Source: the human T2T-CHM13v2.0 reference genome, Homo sapiens
Length of the DNA stretch: 64,000 bases
Assembly (NCBI RefSeq): GCF_009914755.1
Contig: NC_060930.1
Direction: 5' to 3' (one strand)
The position numbers and the translations under genes were made by a program. Under the pieces are notes generated by a model that saw only the letters and a program-made list of their open reading frames with translations, ran no database searches and was not told the origin of the DNA. Positions 14,310 to 26,645 of this stretch are shown piece after piece (positions within the stretch are counted from its first letter, which is position 1; each line of letters opens with the position of its first letter).

Positions 14310-15406
14310 TGTATTACCTTTATATCAAAGGAGAAATCAAAGGTCAAATCACAAGCCATCTAGAAATCAATAAAAGGTACACAATCTATTCCACAAGCTA
14401 TGGGATAGAGTGAAAGCTGTAGCCAGTGGAAACACTATAGTCTTTAGCTATTTTCAGTATTTAAGCATAAAGACAAAGTGTACTCTTAGTATGAATTGGG
14501 AAAAAAGTCATAACAAACAAAAATAAATTAAGAGGGAATAATAAAGATAAAAGCTGAAATTAATGAAATTAAAAGTAACAGAAAGGATAAATACATATAT
14601 TAGTTGGTCTTTGAAAAGCACAGTAAAATAGTTTGATTAGGTAATTAATAAGGAGTAAAACAATTTAGAAGACTATAAGTGAGAAAAGAAACAATCAGGG
14701 GCAGAGGTGATGCAAAGACGATAACAGAATTTGCGGAACTCTACAGCAATGAATTTGAAAACCCAGAAGAAATGGATTTTTTCTTTGTCAAATATAAATG
14801 TCTAAATTTAACTGAGGAAGAAATGAACATTTGAATAGGACAGTAACCCTAAAAGAGATGGAAAAATGATTAAAGATCTACTACTGCAAATGACAATGGA
14901 ATCATATGAAATTACAGCTGAGTTTTATGTAACTTTTAAAGAACACATAATTTTATCAGTATTTAAACTGTTCCAGAAGATGAATAGCTCGTGTTTCACT
15001 TATAAAATAAGCATACAGTTAATACCAAAACCTAACAGCACAAAAAAGTCTAGAGACCAATTTAATTTTCAGTACAGATGTAAAGTTTCTCTAAGATTTC
15101 ATTTGGGGTGGTATTCAGGCTGATACTGGTGGAGGAGAAAAGAACCAAATAAAAAAGAATGCACACACACAAAGGCCACTAATAAATAAATAAATATGTC
15201 TGATGACCTTTGTGTATTTATATATGTAAATGTGTTTATGTGTACATGTGCATGCATGTGTGCACGTGTGCAAATGAAATCTTAGAGAATGCCTATTGCC
15301 TGTGAGTTTTGTTGAATTATTTATTTATATAAATTTCTGTAATACTAAGTAGGAACCTAGATCTAAAAACACAATAAATTCTCAACGTCAAGTACAGCAT
15401 GGTAAC

Positions 15407-16032
15407 TGTATTAGGGCACTTTGGGTTGTAAGTAACAGAAATCCATCCAGAAAACTAGCATAAGCAAAAAAAGGAATTTATTGGCTCACAGAAACCTTCA
15501 TACATTATTGACTTCAGAAACTCAGTTCAGGTCTCATCAGGCTTGTCTCTGTTTTTTGTTGTTGTTGTTGTTGTTGTTGTTGTTTTACCTCTGCCTCTTG
15601 TTTTCCTTTACTGTCTTAATATTTTTGGCTTTATTCTTCTTATTCTCCCTCTTGCTGCCATGGCAGTTCCTTGATACATCTTTTTCTGGTTCTGTATCCC
15701 TTCCCCTGGTCCCTGTCCTGTCCTGTCTTGTCCCTAGCTTCAAATAAAGAGTTGCAGTCAGGAGCTTTGAGAAGTCCGGTTTGGGTCACATGCCCATTAG
15801 ACTAATCCTTGTGAGTAGGGGAGTAGTGGAGTATGTGATCAGCCAGGCCTGGTCCCAAGTCCACACCTTTGGAGAGAAGGGAGGTACTATGATTAGCACA
15901 GCCCACCCACCATTTTGTAATTTGAGTGAGTAGGAAACACTACCCCAAAGAAGTGGGGGCAGTTGGGAAGGGAGCAATGTGATCTAAAGGAGAAAAAAAG
16001 ATCCTAGGTAGACAATAACAACAGGTGTCCAC
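15407..16032 (-). mobile_element. Old MLT1 fragments flanking a (TTG)n / pyrimidine tract
   Basis: tgtattagggcactttgggttgtaagtaacagaaa...ggaatttattggctca. Confidence 0.55.
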
Positions 16033-16469
16033 TGGAGGGACTTTGCTTTAAAATATAAGCCAAGTTTGCATCTTCACCATCAAGGGAATTAAGTAGCAGA
16101 GTAAGATGTATTTGAGTCTAATAATAAGTGGTTTATTATTTAGGGCTGTGAAAACAATCATTTGCCCAATAGTCCAGGAGCTCAAGCTAATTTATGAGAA
16201 TAATAGTAGGTAATTATTTATTTGTATAGTCTTATCCCCAGATGACTTATAAAAGGATGAAAGACTGTTCATTGGTTAGTTAGGAATACCAGCTTCATAT
16301 ATTTGAAAATGTATGTATTTTTCTAGGAAAAGAAAACTTTGTATTTATTTTTAAGGCAATTTCAGCATACCAGATTCTTTCCTCAGTGTCTGGTGAGACA
16401 TACTTTAGCACTTGTTCTTATCAAGGCATGCTACAGATATGTCCATCCTAGAGATTCATCCATTTTCCC

Positions 16470-17160
16470 TCTTTTGTTAATATATAATAATTTACATATT
16501 TATGGGGTACATGTGAGTGTAACATACAAAGAATGTATGATGGTCAAGTCAGGGTAATTAGGGTATTCATCACCTTAACTGTTTATTATTTTTATATGTT
16601 GGTATTTCAAGCCTTCTGGTTACTTTGAAATATACACATTATTGTTGCTAAGTATAGTCACCCTAGTATGCTATCAAATATTAGAATTATTTCTTCTATC
16701 TGATTGTATGTTTGTACCCATTAACCAACCTCTCTTCTTTCTCCCTCTCCCACCTCATCCTGAGATAAAGTTTTTTAGCTCCCATATGAGTGAGAACATG
16801 AGGTATTTGTCTTTCTGTGCCTGGCTTATTGCACTTAACATAATCACTTCTGGTTCCATTCATGTTGCTACAAATGACAGGATTTCATTCTTTGTTATTG
16901 CCAAATAGTAGTTCACATTTTTTTATCCATTCCTCTGTTGATGGGCACATAGCTTGATTCCATATCTTTGCTATTGTGGATAGTCCTGCAATAAAAATGG
17001 GGGTGCATGTATCCCTTTGATATATTGATTTCTTTTTCTTTGGATAGATACCAAGTAGAGGAATTGCTGGGTTGTAAGGTATTTCTATTTTTAGTTTTTT
17101 GAGAAATGTTTATACTGTTTTCCATAGTGGTTGTACTAATTTATATTCTTACCACCAGTA
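16470..17160 (-). mobile_element. L1MA 3' fragment
   Basis: tacatatttatggggtacatgtgag...ctcccatatgagtgagaacatg...ttccatagtggttgtactaatt. Confidence 0.88.
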
Positions 17161-17573
17161 TTGATTTATAGTAATGCATGAATATTAAGGTGATAGATAC
17201 GTGACATTTCAATTTTGTGAAAAAAATTAATGGACTTACATACAGATCATATGGAAAAAGTAAGTTGATCCAAAATACGCGTTGGCAGAAAAATATACAT
17301 TTTGAATGTAGAAAAATCTGTATCTATAAAAATAGCCAAAACAGTCATAGATTCCCTTTCTTTCCTTTTTCGTTTTCTATTTCCTTTCCTTTCCTTTTTT
17401 ACTGTGAAAGATAACACTAGTACAGAAGACGTACTGTGTGATGGAGTAGCACAAAATGAACACTTGTAAGTACCACCCCGGTCAAGAAGAGAGCATTGTT
17501 AGCCACTCCATAGCCTGCACTAAGTCTGCTTGGACACTGTTTTTTCTTCCCTTCAAGGCGTCGGCTGTCCTGA

Positions 17574-20242
17574 TGATATGATTTGGCTCTGTTTCCCCAC
17601 CCAAATCTCACCTTGAACTGTAATAATTCCCACATCAAGGGTGGAGCCAGGTGGAGATAATTGAATTATGGGGGCAGTTTCCCCCATACTGTTCTCATGA
17701 TAGTAAGTTCTCATGAGATCTGATGATTTTATGAAGGGTTTCCCATTTTACTTGGCATTCATTCTCTCTTGCCTGTCACCACATAAGATGTGCCTTTGCT
17801 CCTTTTTCGCCTTCTGTCATGATTGTGAGGCCTCCCCAGCCATGTGAAATTGTGAGTCCATTAACCCTCTTTTTCTTTATAAATTACTTAGTCTTGGGTA
17901 TATCTTTATTAGCGTAAGAATCAACTAATACAGTAAATTAGTACCAGGAGTGGGATACTGCTATAAGGATACCTGAAAACGTGGGAGCAACTTTGGAACT
18001 GGGTAACAGACAGAGGTTGGAACAGTTTGAAAGGCTCAGAAGAAGACAGGAAAATGTGGGCAAGTTTGGAACTTCCTAGAGTCTTGGAGGGCTCAGAGAC
18101 AGAAAGATGTGGGGAAGTTTGGAATTTCCTAGAGACTTTGAATGCCTTTGACCAAAATGCTGATAGTGATATGGACAATAAGGTCCAGGTTGAGGTTGTC
18201 TCAGATGGAGATGAGGAACTTGTTGAGAACTGGAATAAAGGTGACTCTTGCTATGTTTTAGCAAAGAGACTGATGGCATTTTGCCCCTGCCCTAGAGATC
18301 TGTGGAACTTTGAACTTGAGAGAGATGATTTAGGGTATGTGGTGAAAGAAATTTCTAAGCAGCAAAGCATTCAAGATGTGATTTGGGTGCTGTTAAAAGC
18401 ATTCAGTTTTATGTATTCACAAAGATATGGTTTGGAATTGGAATTTGTGTTTAAAAGGGAAACAGAGCGGCTGGGTGCAGTGGCTCATGCCTGTAATCCC
18501 AGCACCTTGGGAGGCCAAGGCAGGCAGATCACGAGATCAGGAGATCAAGACCATCCTGGCTAACACGGTGAAACCCCGTCTACTAAAAAATACAAAAAAA
18601 AAAAATTAGCTGGGCATGGTGGAACGCGCCTGTAGTCTCAGCTACTCAGGAGGCTGAGGCAGGAGAATGGTGTGTACCCAGGAGGTGGAACTTGCAGTGA
18701 GCTGAGATTGTGCCACTGCACTCCAGCCTGGGTGACAGAGCAAGACTCTGTCTCAAAAAAAAAAAAAAAAAGCAGGGCATAAAAGTTGAGAAAATTTGCA
18801 GCTTGACGATGCAATAGAAAAGAAAAACCAATTTTCTGAGGAGAAATTGAAGCTGGCTCCAGAAATTTGCATAAGTAATGAGGAGCCAAATGTTAATTGC
18901 CAAGACAATGGGGAAAATGTCTCTGCATATCAGAGGTCTTTATGGCAGCCCCTCCCATCACAGACCCAGAGGGCTAAGAGAAAAAATGGTTTTGTGGGCC
19001 GGACCTAGGGCCTTGCTGCTTTGTGCAGTCTTGGGACTTGGTGCCTTACATCCTAGCCATGGCTAAAAGGGGTCAATGTACAGCTCAGCCCATGACTTCA
19101 GAGGGTGCAAGCCCCAAACCTTGGCAGCTTCCATGCGGCATTGAGCCTGTGGGTGCACAGAAGTCGAGAATTGAGGTTTGGGAACCTCCACCTAGATTTC
19201 AGAGGATGTATGGAAATGCCTGGACGTCCAGGCAGAAGTTTGCTGCAGGGGTGGGGCCCTCATGGAGAACTTCTGCTAGGGCAGTGTGGAAGGGAAATGT
19301 GGGGTTGGAGCCCCCACACTGAGTCCCCACTGGGGCACTGCCTAGTGGAGCTGTGAGAAGAGGGCCACTGTCCTCCAGACCCCACAGTGATAGATCCATA
19401 GACAGCTTGTACCATGCATTTGGAAAAGCTGCAGACATTCAATGCCAGCCTGTGAAAGCAGCCAGGAAGGAGGCTGTACCCTACAGAGCCACAGGGGCAG
19501 GGCTGTCCAAGACCATGGGAACCCACCTCTTGCATCAGCATGACCTGGATGTGAGACATGGAGTCAAAGATTTGGCTGCCCTGCTGGATTTTGGACTTGC
19601 ATGGGGCCTGTAGCCCCTTTGTTTTGACCAGTTTCTCCCATTTGGAATGGGTGTATTTATCCAATGCCTGTACCCCCATTATATCTGGGAAGTAACTAAC
19701 TTGCTTTTGATTTTACAGGCTCATAGGCAGATGGGACTTGCCTTGTCTCAGATGAGACTTTGGACTATGGACTTTTGAGTTAATGTTGAAATGAGTTAAG
19801 ACATTGGGGGACTGTTGGGAGGGCACGATTGGTTTTGAGATGTGAGGACATGAGATTTGGGAGGGGCCAGAGGTGGAATAATATGGTTTGGCTGTGTGTC
19901 CCCACCCAAATCTGACCTTATATTGTAATAATCCCCACATGTCAAGGGCAGGGCCAGGTGGAGATAATTGAATCATGGAGTCAGTTTCCCCTATACTGTT
20001 CTCATGATAGTGAGTTCTCACAAGATCTCATGGTTTTATAAGGGGTTTCCCATTTTGCTTGGCATTCATTGTCTCTTGCCTGCCGCCATGTAAGACATGC
20101 CTTTGCTCCTCCTTCACCTTCTGCCATGATTGTGAGGCCTCCCCAGCCATGTGGAACTATGAGTCCGTGAAACCTCTTTTTCTATATAAATTACTCAGTC
20201 TTGGGTATGTCTTTATTAGCAGCATGAGAATGGACTAATAAA
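17574..20242 (+). mobile_element. Full-length THE1 (THE1C/D-like) MaLR: 5'LTR 17574-17932, internal region, 3'LTR 19879-20242
   Basis: Two related LTRs, MaLR internal sequence (source of ORFs 18027-18563 and 19023-19322), polypurine tract before the 3'LTR, 5-bp TSD CCTGA. Confidence 0.95.
18469..18771 (+). mobile_element. AluY-like element inserted in the THE1 internal region
   Basis: gaccatcctggctaacacggtgaaacccc and gagaatggtgtg diagnostics; poly-A tail. Confidence 0.92.
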
Positions 20243-20659
20243 CCTGACATGTAGTCTAATCACCGCCAGAGTTTTCATCATAGCTTTACCACCTAAGCTT
20301 GCACCCCTAAATGCTACAGCTTGGTTCTGCCTGGTTTGTGAACTTTATATTAATGGACTCATACAGTATTACTCTTTTGGACCTGGCTTTCACTGAACAT
20401 CATGATTGTTGTCCACAGCTTTTGACAGAAGTGAAGGCAGGTTGGAGATGGGCTGGAATGAGTATCTCTTAGAGACCCAGAGAACAACTCTGACTAATTA
20501 TAACCCTAGAAAGGTTTAGATTTTTGGTTATTATTCAAGTTCTTTGAGGGATCTTAAAATCATAATAAGATAGATGAAACTTTTTTTTTTTTAACTGTAG
20601 CAGTTGGTAGCCTGGCTTTTCAAGAGGAACAATCACCATGCTCTTTTCTGCCATTCCAG

Positions 20660-20814
20660 GAAGAAATACTTGTGTTGGCTGCATTTCCAGGGATGCTACC
20701 AGAGCTCAAGGCTGTCACCTGGTCTTGCCCAGAAGAGCCGTTCTTAGAGGCAGGACTTGATGAAGGCTTTCCTGCTGATGGAATAGGTTTGCTAGAGCTG
20801 GCCTTGGAATTAGA
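20660..20814 (+). other. RNF182: RNF182 5'UTR exon (155 nt)
   Basis: Acceptor ctcttttctgccattccag|G and donor AGA|gtaggt in non-repetitive sequence. Consistent with my recollection of the RNF182 leader (c.-366 to c.-212). Confidence 0.8.
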
Positions 20815-23569
20815 GTAGGTATATTTTTTACTGGATATTTGAATATTGAGTATTTCCATTGCACGTTACCAAGAAGTCCCTTATATAAATTTGTATAAAT
20901 ATGAACATTATAATCACATAACACTCTATCTTAACATACTCAGTAATCTGATAGAGTATTTCTGTGACAAAACAAAGCTTTGTTTCAAATAATAGCTCAA
21001 TATTTTCAAGGAAATAATTTAGGTTCACATAATTATCAGCTAGAAATTGTGGCTGGCCCAACATAAAGTGTTACTGCTACTCTTCTAATGGTTGGAAGCT
21101 TGGTACAGAAAGTAGGAATGTGACCTGCTGACTGTCAAATGCTGATGTTCTAATGTGTTCTTACGTATTCATAAACACTCACATGTCTACTCTAGCTTTC
21201 TGTACAAAATTTCTAGGTGTAATTTTGCCTAGTTATCTTCACTGGCTGTTTTACTCTTTTTTTCTGATGTCTTTATGCATGTGTTTACATACTTTCTTTT
21301 CCTTTTTCCACATGACTTCACATACCTCAGTCCTTTCTATGGCAATGGGGACAGACACTGCTGCTAACCCTACTGGGACCATCAGCTTCCTAACCTCTGG
21401 ATTCAGGAGAGCATTACATCTGGGTGGGCATGTAGCTGCAAAGAACAAATGACATGTTCCATTTGGGTGGGCTGAAGTCTGTGTGTGGCTACCAGGGGTA
21501 CTGTTGTAAGAGCCTTGTGCTCAGCAGGGAATGAATGGGAGCTTTCCAGGTGGCAGATCACCAGTGAACTGCCCAGGGCTGGGGACTGTCCCATGAAGTG
21601 AGCTAGGACTGTGTGTGGTGACCAGGATAGAACTCCTTCTTGTTCTTTGGCTGTCATCCTGAAGATGTTCATCCCACAGGAGGAAAAAAAATGCCAGCCT
21701 TGTGGAACTGTGAGCAGGACATAGTCATATTTTGCAGTGACATGGGCATGTGTATCCTGAATGGGATCAGGATCAGGAATGAGGGAAATTAGGGCACATG
21801 GAAGGAAAGGAGAGAGAAGAGTTGATGTTTCTGTCTGTATATCTTTTTTGTGTGTTAGGCTAGATACATAGAGCTTGGTTCGTGGTAGTAGTTTTGAAAT
21901 ACAGGCATACATATACTGTATTTGAAAAAATCCTACCTACATTTTTGGCTACCAGAGATTCTATAGATTGACTTCTTTTTGCCACCAACTATACATCTTG
22001 CCACTGCTATCCGTTACACATTCTTGTAGAATAGGAAGTCAATTAAAAATTAAAGTCTTAAAATGAAGATAATATGTATTAATAAGTCAACTATTCATGA
22101 TTTTTAAAGTTATCCAGATTCAGCTACCCACTGCCTTTCTCTGTTAGTGCAGTATGATCCATAGCAAATTTAAATGTCTAGCGCAGTTACTCTCTGCCCT
22201 CAGAACTGTTATGACAGCTTTCTGCTATTATTGCTTGGAGATGTGCTCAGAAAATCAAATACATTTTGATATTTTTCTAAGCCAAACATAATTTAAGGTG
22301 AATCAACTACCAAAAATACTACATATATTAAAGCTAATTAAAAATAATTTTGAGATTTTGTATATTACTGCTCCCTTCCATTAGTACTGAAAATTGAGAA
22401 CTGACTGTGCATATGAAATTAACCTTCAACCATTTGTCCAAAGCTGGTAATAACCAGTAATAGTAATTAGTAATAGCAAGGACTGTAGATTGTATTACAC
22501 TTTCCTTTTACTAAAGAAAGAGTTTGCATGAAATAAAGTAGATGAGTAAGTGAATGTTGAGTATTTCTTCATAGCCATGCACAAGTGATTTCTTCATGTC
22601 TAGAGACATAGCTATGCATGTTTTATCTGTGTTTACTTCTCTTTCTTGGGACTTAGACTTGACTTGTTCATAATGCTTATATCGGGTGTTATATGCCTCA
22701 TTCTTCCTTTAATGAATGTATATGCACAGCTGTGGTTTTCAAGACTGGTATTGAAACAAAAAAATTGAAATGGAATAATCAAACAATAAAAGCATTTATA
22801 TAACAGATTTCTTTACACTGAGAAGGTAAGAACAGTCTGCTCTACTTAAATATGCTCTTATCTCTATCAAAGCAGTCTCTGAAAACACATTTTTAACATT
22901 TGTCCTTAATATTCCCTTTTGTGTATTCCTAAGCACTATTGACGGTATTTAGACACCTGGTATTTACACCAACAATACTCTGAATTAGTTTTCTGTTTCT
23001 GATACATGTCCCATTCTGTTTTCAGAGGCCAGAATTTGTTACAAGTTTCAGAGTGAAAATCTCTTGTATCTAGACTAAAGTATGTTCTAGAGCACATAGC
23101 TAGCTCTACACTGTCCTTTACACCCATTAGGATTCTTAACTCTTTCTTCACTATCATGCTTGTTGACTGAAACAGCTAAGCATGGAATTAACACTTTTCC
23201 GTTCTAGGGACAGAAGTGTGTGAAAAGATGAAGGGGATTTAACCTTTTAAGTTTATTGCTTCTAATCCTTGAAGCTCAGAAAATTCCATAAAGCACTTTT
23301 CAGAAACACCGTTTCAGTGAACTGTTCATTATATTAGAATCTCTTTTCTTCTTTACAGACCCTTCATGTGGCCTTTATAAATATGCGTTTGAGACAGAGT
23401 TATATGCAGAAGTTGAAAATGCCTGGAAGATTTCTGGTTTCTTTCACTACTTATCCTGCCTTTTTGCATCGCTGCCAGATTTGGATGATATGATATTCAG
23501 AGGGGCACCTTAATCAAAGCCATTCTTCAACAAGACCCACCTGGCATAAGATTGCACACATAATTCAAG

Positions 23570-24313
23570 ATGGCCAGTCAACCTCCTGAAGACACTGCGG
23601 AGTCTCAGGCCTCTGATGAGCTGGAGTGCAAAATCTGTTACAATCGATACAATCTGAAACAGAGGAAACCCAAAGTGCTGGAGTGTTGTCATAGGGTTTG
23701 TGCCAAATGCCTCTACAAGATCATAGACTTTGGGGACTCCCCACAAGGTGTCATTGTCTGTCCTTTCTGCAGGTTTGAGACGTGCCTGCCAGATGATGAA
23801 GTTAGTAGCCTGCCCGATGACAACAACATCCTTGTAAACTTGACTTGTGGAGGCAAAGGGAAGAAGTGCCTGCCAGAGAACCCTACTGAGCTGCTGCTCA
23901 CCCCCAAGAGGCTGGCCTCTCTGGTCAGTCCTTCTCACACGTCCTCCAACTGCCTGGTCATAACCATCATGGAGGTGCAGAGAGAGAGCTCCCCGTCCCT
24001 GAGCTCCACTCCTGTGGTAGAATTTTATAGGCCTGCGAGTTTCGACTCTGTCACCACTGTGTCACACAACTGGACTGTGTGGAACTGCACGTCCCTGCTG
24101 TTTCAGACATCCATCCGGGTGTTAGTGTGGTTGCTAGGTTTGCTCTACTTCAGCTCCTTACCCTTAGGAATCTACTTACTGGTGTCTAAGAAAGTCACCC
24201 TTGGGGTCGTCTTTGTCAGCCTGGTCCCTTCGAGCCTCGTTATTCTTATGGTGTATGGTTTTTGCCAGTGTGTTTGTCATGAATTTCTAGACTGTATGGC
24301 ACCTCCTTCTTAA
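23570..24313 (+). CDS. RNF182: RING finger protein 182, transmembrane RING-HC E3 ubiquitin ligase (247 aa), single coding exon
   Basis: [15 protein letters not shown]...CMAPPS. RING-HC motif CKIC..CCHRVC..C..CPFC, Ser-rich linker, two C-terminal hydrophobic helices. Strong Kozak (caagATGG) and in-frame TAA at 23561. Protein recognised as human RNF182. Confidence 0.98.
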   Translation: MASQPPEDTAESQASDELECKICYNRYNLKQRKPKVLECCHRVCAKCLYKIIDFGDSPQGVIVCPFCRFETCLPDDEVSSLPDDNNILVNLTCGGKGKKCLPENPTELLLTPKRLASLVSPSHTSSNCLVITIMEVQRESSPSLSSTPVVEFYRPASFDSVTTVSHNWTVWNCTSLLFQTSIRVLVWLLGLLYFSSLPLGIYLLVSKKVTLGVVFVSLVPSSLVILMVYGFCQCVCHEFLDCMAPPS

Positions 24314-26429
24314 CTGATATGCAAAATAAGAAATTGGACACACATTGCCCTGTTTGAGTGTGAAGTTAGATAATTTATAATTTATTTTCTTTTATGTTCT
24401 TTATGATTAGTATCCATGACATTAACAAAACCCTTGGCCACATGTTGACTTGATTGGTTTTCCTGTAGGCTGGAAGTAAAAATGTTCATTTCTCCTTAGG
24501 GGTTAGCAAAATTGTATAAGCTCACACTTCATGGAGCACTGACAGCAGTGAGTCTTCCCAGAGAAAGGACAGGGTTTCTCTCAGCACTGCCAGACAGACG
24601 GCAGGGGTGTGGTGTGTTATACTATAGGGAGAGCATGGATCCCTCCTTTCGTATTCATGGATGTTCTATGATGGCAGTTGGACACAAGAGGAAAGTTGCT
24701 CTGAGACACAAAGTGTGTACTCCTTTCCCACCCCATACCCCTGGTATTGGAACACCCTAGAATTGTCTTCAGGTGTTTTCTCTCTTAAGTCACTCTCTGT
24801 GGTCGGCGATCCCATTGAGATACTTGTTTCCTCTGCGCATTCTCCCTTGCCAAGAGGAAACTCGGTTCCATTCCCTTGGGTAGTTTCAACTGAATACCAG
24901 TTTTGCCACATTACTAAGGAGAATGAAAAGCACTGAGGAATTTGCATCACAGTCAGCTTCATGGCAGAATGTGGCCATTTGTCCTTGAGACACACTCTTT
25001 CCTCCATGTCTGTTTTCCTCTCTCAGTCTTATCTGAGAAGAATGGAGGAGAATGAACTTCTCATACAGCGGTTATTATTGATGAAAACCTTCATTTGAGT
25101 CTTTCCTTATAACATCTTAGTTTTGGTTTTTTTAAACCACATTGCCCAATCAGCCTCACCCCTTGTCCTGAAAAGGTTCCATTTAAATTAGTTGCTATAA
25201 ATTCATCAATACTTTTTTTCCCTATTATATTTTTGGTTCTATTAGGATTTACTTAACTGAATCTTATAACAATTCGAGGTGAACTGTGGCAATGAAAACC
25301 AGAAACAGTTAATGAGATGCTTCAGCTCACAGTTTGAAGTGCTGAGAACCTAAGTATTTTGCTGTACGGTACTGAGCTGTACCAAAATATGATGGTTTAG
25401 GTTTATGTGCAAGACTTTGTGTTGTAGTCTAGACAAAGGGGTGGGCAAGAGACATGCAAAGCTGAAGCCCTGCTTGAAAAGACCCTTCAAGGAAGTAAAA
25501 TGGCAGGGGCAGAGTGCAGCTTAACATGTTGCTATCCCTGTTGTTTTTGAGTTGGTTTTGGAATGGATTCAAGTTCTTACACAATTTATTTTGAATACAA
25601 GCATAATCTAGGTGATTTGAGTTAATGAACTTCTTTTCATGATGTAGGGAAAGTTGAATGTATATATTTCTAAGAAGAATTTGTTTAGCAGATTACAAGT
25701 TGGCAAAATAGACTGTTCACAGAAACTAGGCAAAAATTTAAAAAAACATTCTAGTCTCTAAAACCCATTACTAATGATTAACATTAAAATATTTGTAACT
25801 CTTAGAAAGGGGGCATTACTAAGACGACTTTAACTTGTTATGAAATCTTTGTTGTGTGATGCAGGTACAGTGCGCCCATTCCAACTGGAATAGCAGTTTG
25901 ATTTTAATTGTAAAACTAAACTTCGGGAATATGTATGCCCAAAGTAAGTAGGATGAGAATAGTATACATGGGATATGGTCCAATGAATTTAAGCCCCAAG
26001 ATACAGCTAAATACATTTATGATTTCATAAAATCTAGTTTAGATAGCATTGTGATGCAATTTCCAGAAATCCATTTGTGTTTAGAGTAAATACCATGTTT
26101 AGAAGATGTTTTGTGGTTTGGATTTATATATTTGTAAGGTTTTTTTAAAAAAATGTTCGTTTTGTTTGAAATGTAACATTGAGTAAATTGGTGAGTTATA
26201 TAATGAGATTTCTAGAAAGCTCTGGACATGGGTACGATGTGTTTTGCTTCTCTGTATAATGTCTACAGTGATAAACTTGTGTCTCCGTGTATTGTGGCAG
26301 TCTTTTTTTCTAGTTAATTTGGCTTTAGAGAGCAATCTTTGTATGACACCAGAAAACTCTTCATGCTATTGAATGATAAAAAGATAATGCTTTAATATTT
26401 TATTCACTGTGATACTATTTTGTTTGTCT

Positions 26430-26435
26430 ATTAAA
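26430..26435 (+). terminator. Proximal polyadenylation signal ATTAAA
   Basis: ATTAAA with U-rich upstream sequence and GU/U-rich downstream sequence (agtttgatttct). Confidence 0.55.
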
Positions 26436-26645
26436 TTGTTATTATTTCCAAATTTAGAAGTTTGATTTCTCTGACTTATGGTTAAAATTCAGTTATGACT
26501 TTGCACCTCTGTTAGCTTTAGATAACGGCAAACATGAACATTCAGAAACGTTGGTTCAGCTAATGCCTTTATCATGCCCGTGAAGACTTCAGAACTTTCC
26601 AACAAAGGGGACCTAACCCATCACACTTTTAAAAGGCCTTCATAG

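Noticed and set aside
18032-18140. ~50-bp tandem repeat in THE1-int
   Set aside because: To my recollection a normal feature of THE1 internal consensus, not locus-specific.
18027-19679. ORFs of up to 178 aa in the THE1 internal region
   Set aside because: Broken MaLR internal ORF remnants interrupted by an AluY and frameshifts.
21403-21912. 169-aa minus-strand ORF in the last RNF182 intron
   Set aside because: No recognisable homology or domain pattern and no supporting gene structure; length is compatible with chance in 64 kb.
23530-23569. N-terminal extension of RNF182
   Set aside because: In-frame TAA at 23561-23563, two codons before the ATG.
23510-23938. 142-aa antisense ORF over the RNF182 CDS
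   Set aside because: Shadow ORF of a coding strand with a non-ATG start; no recognisable domain or antisense gene structure.
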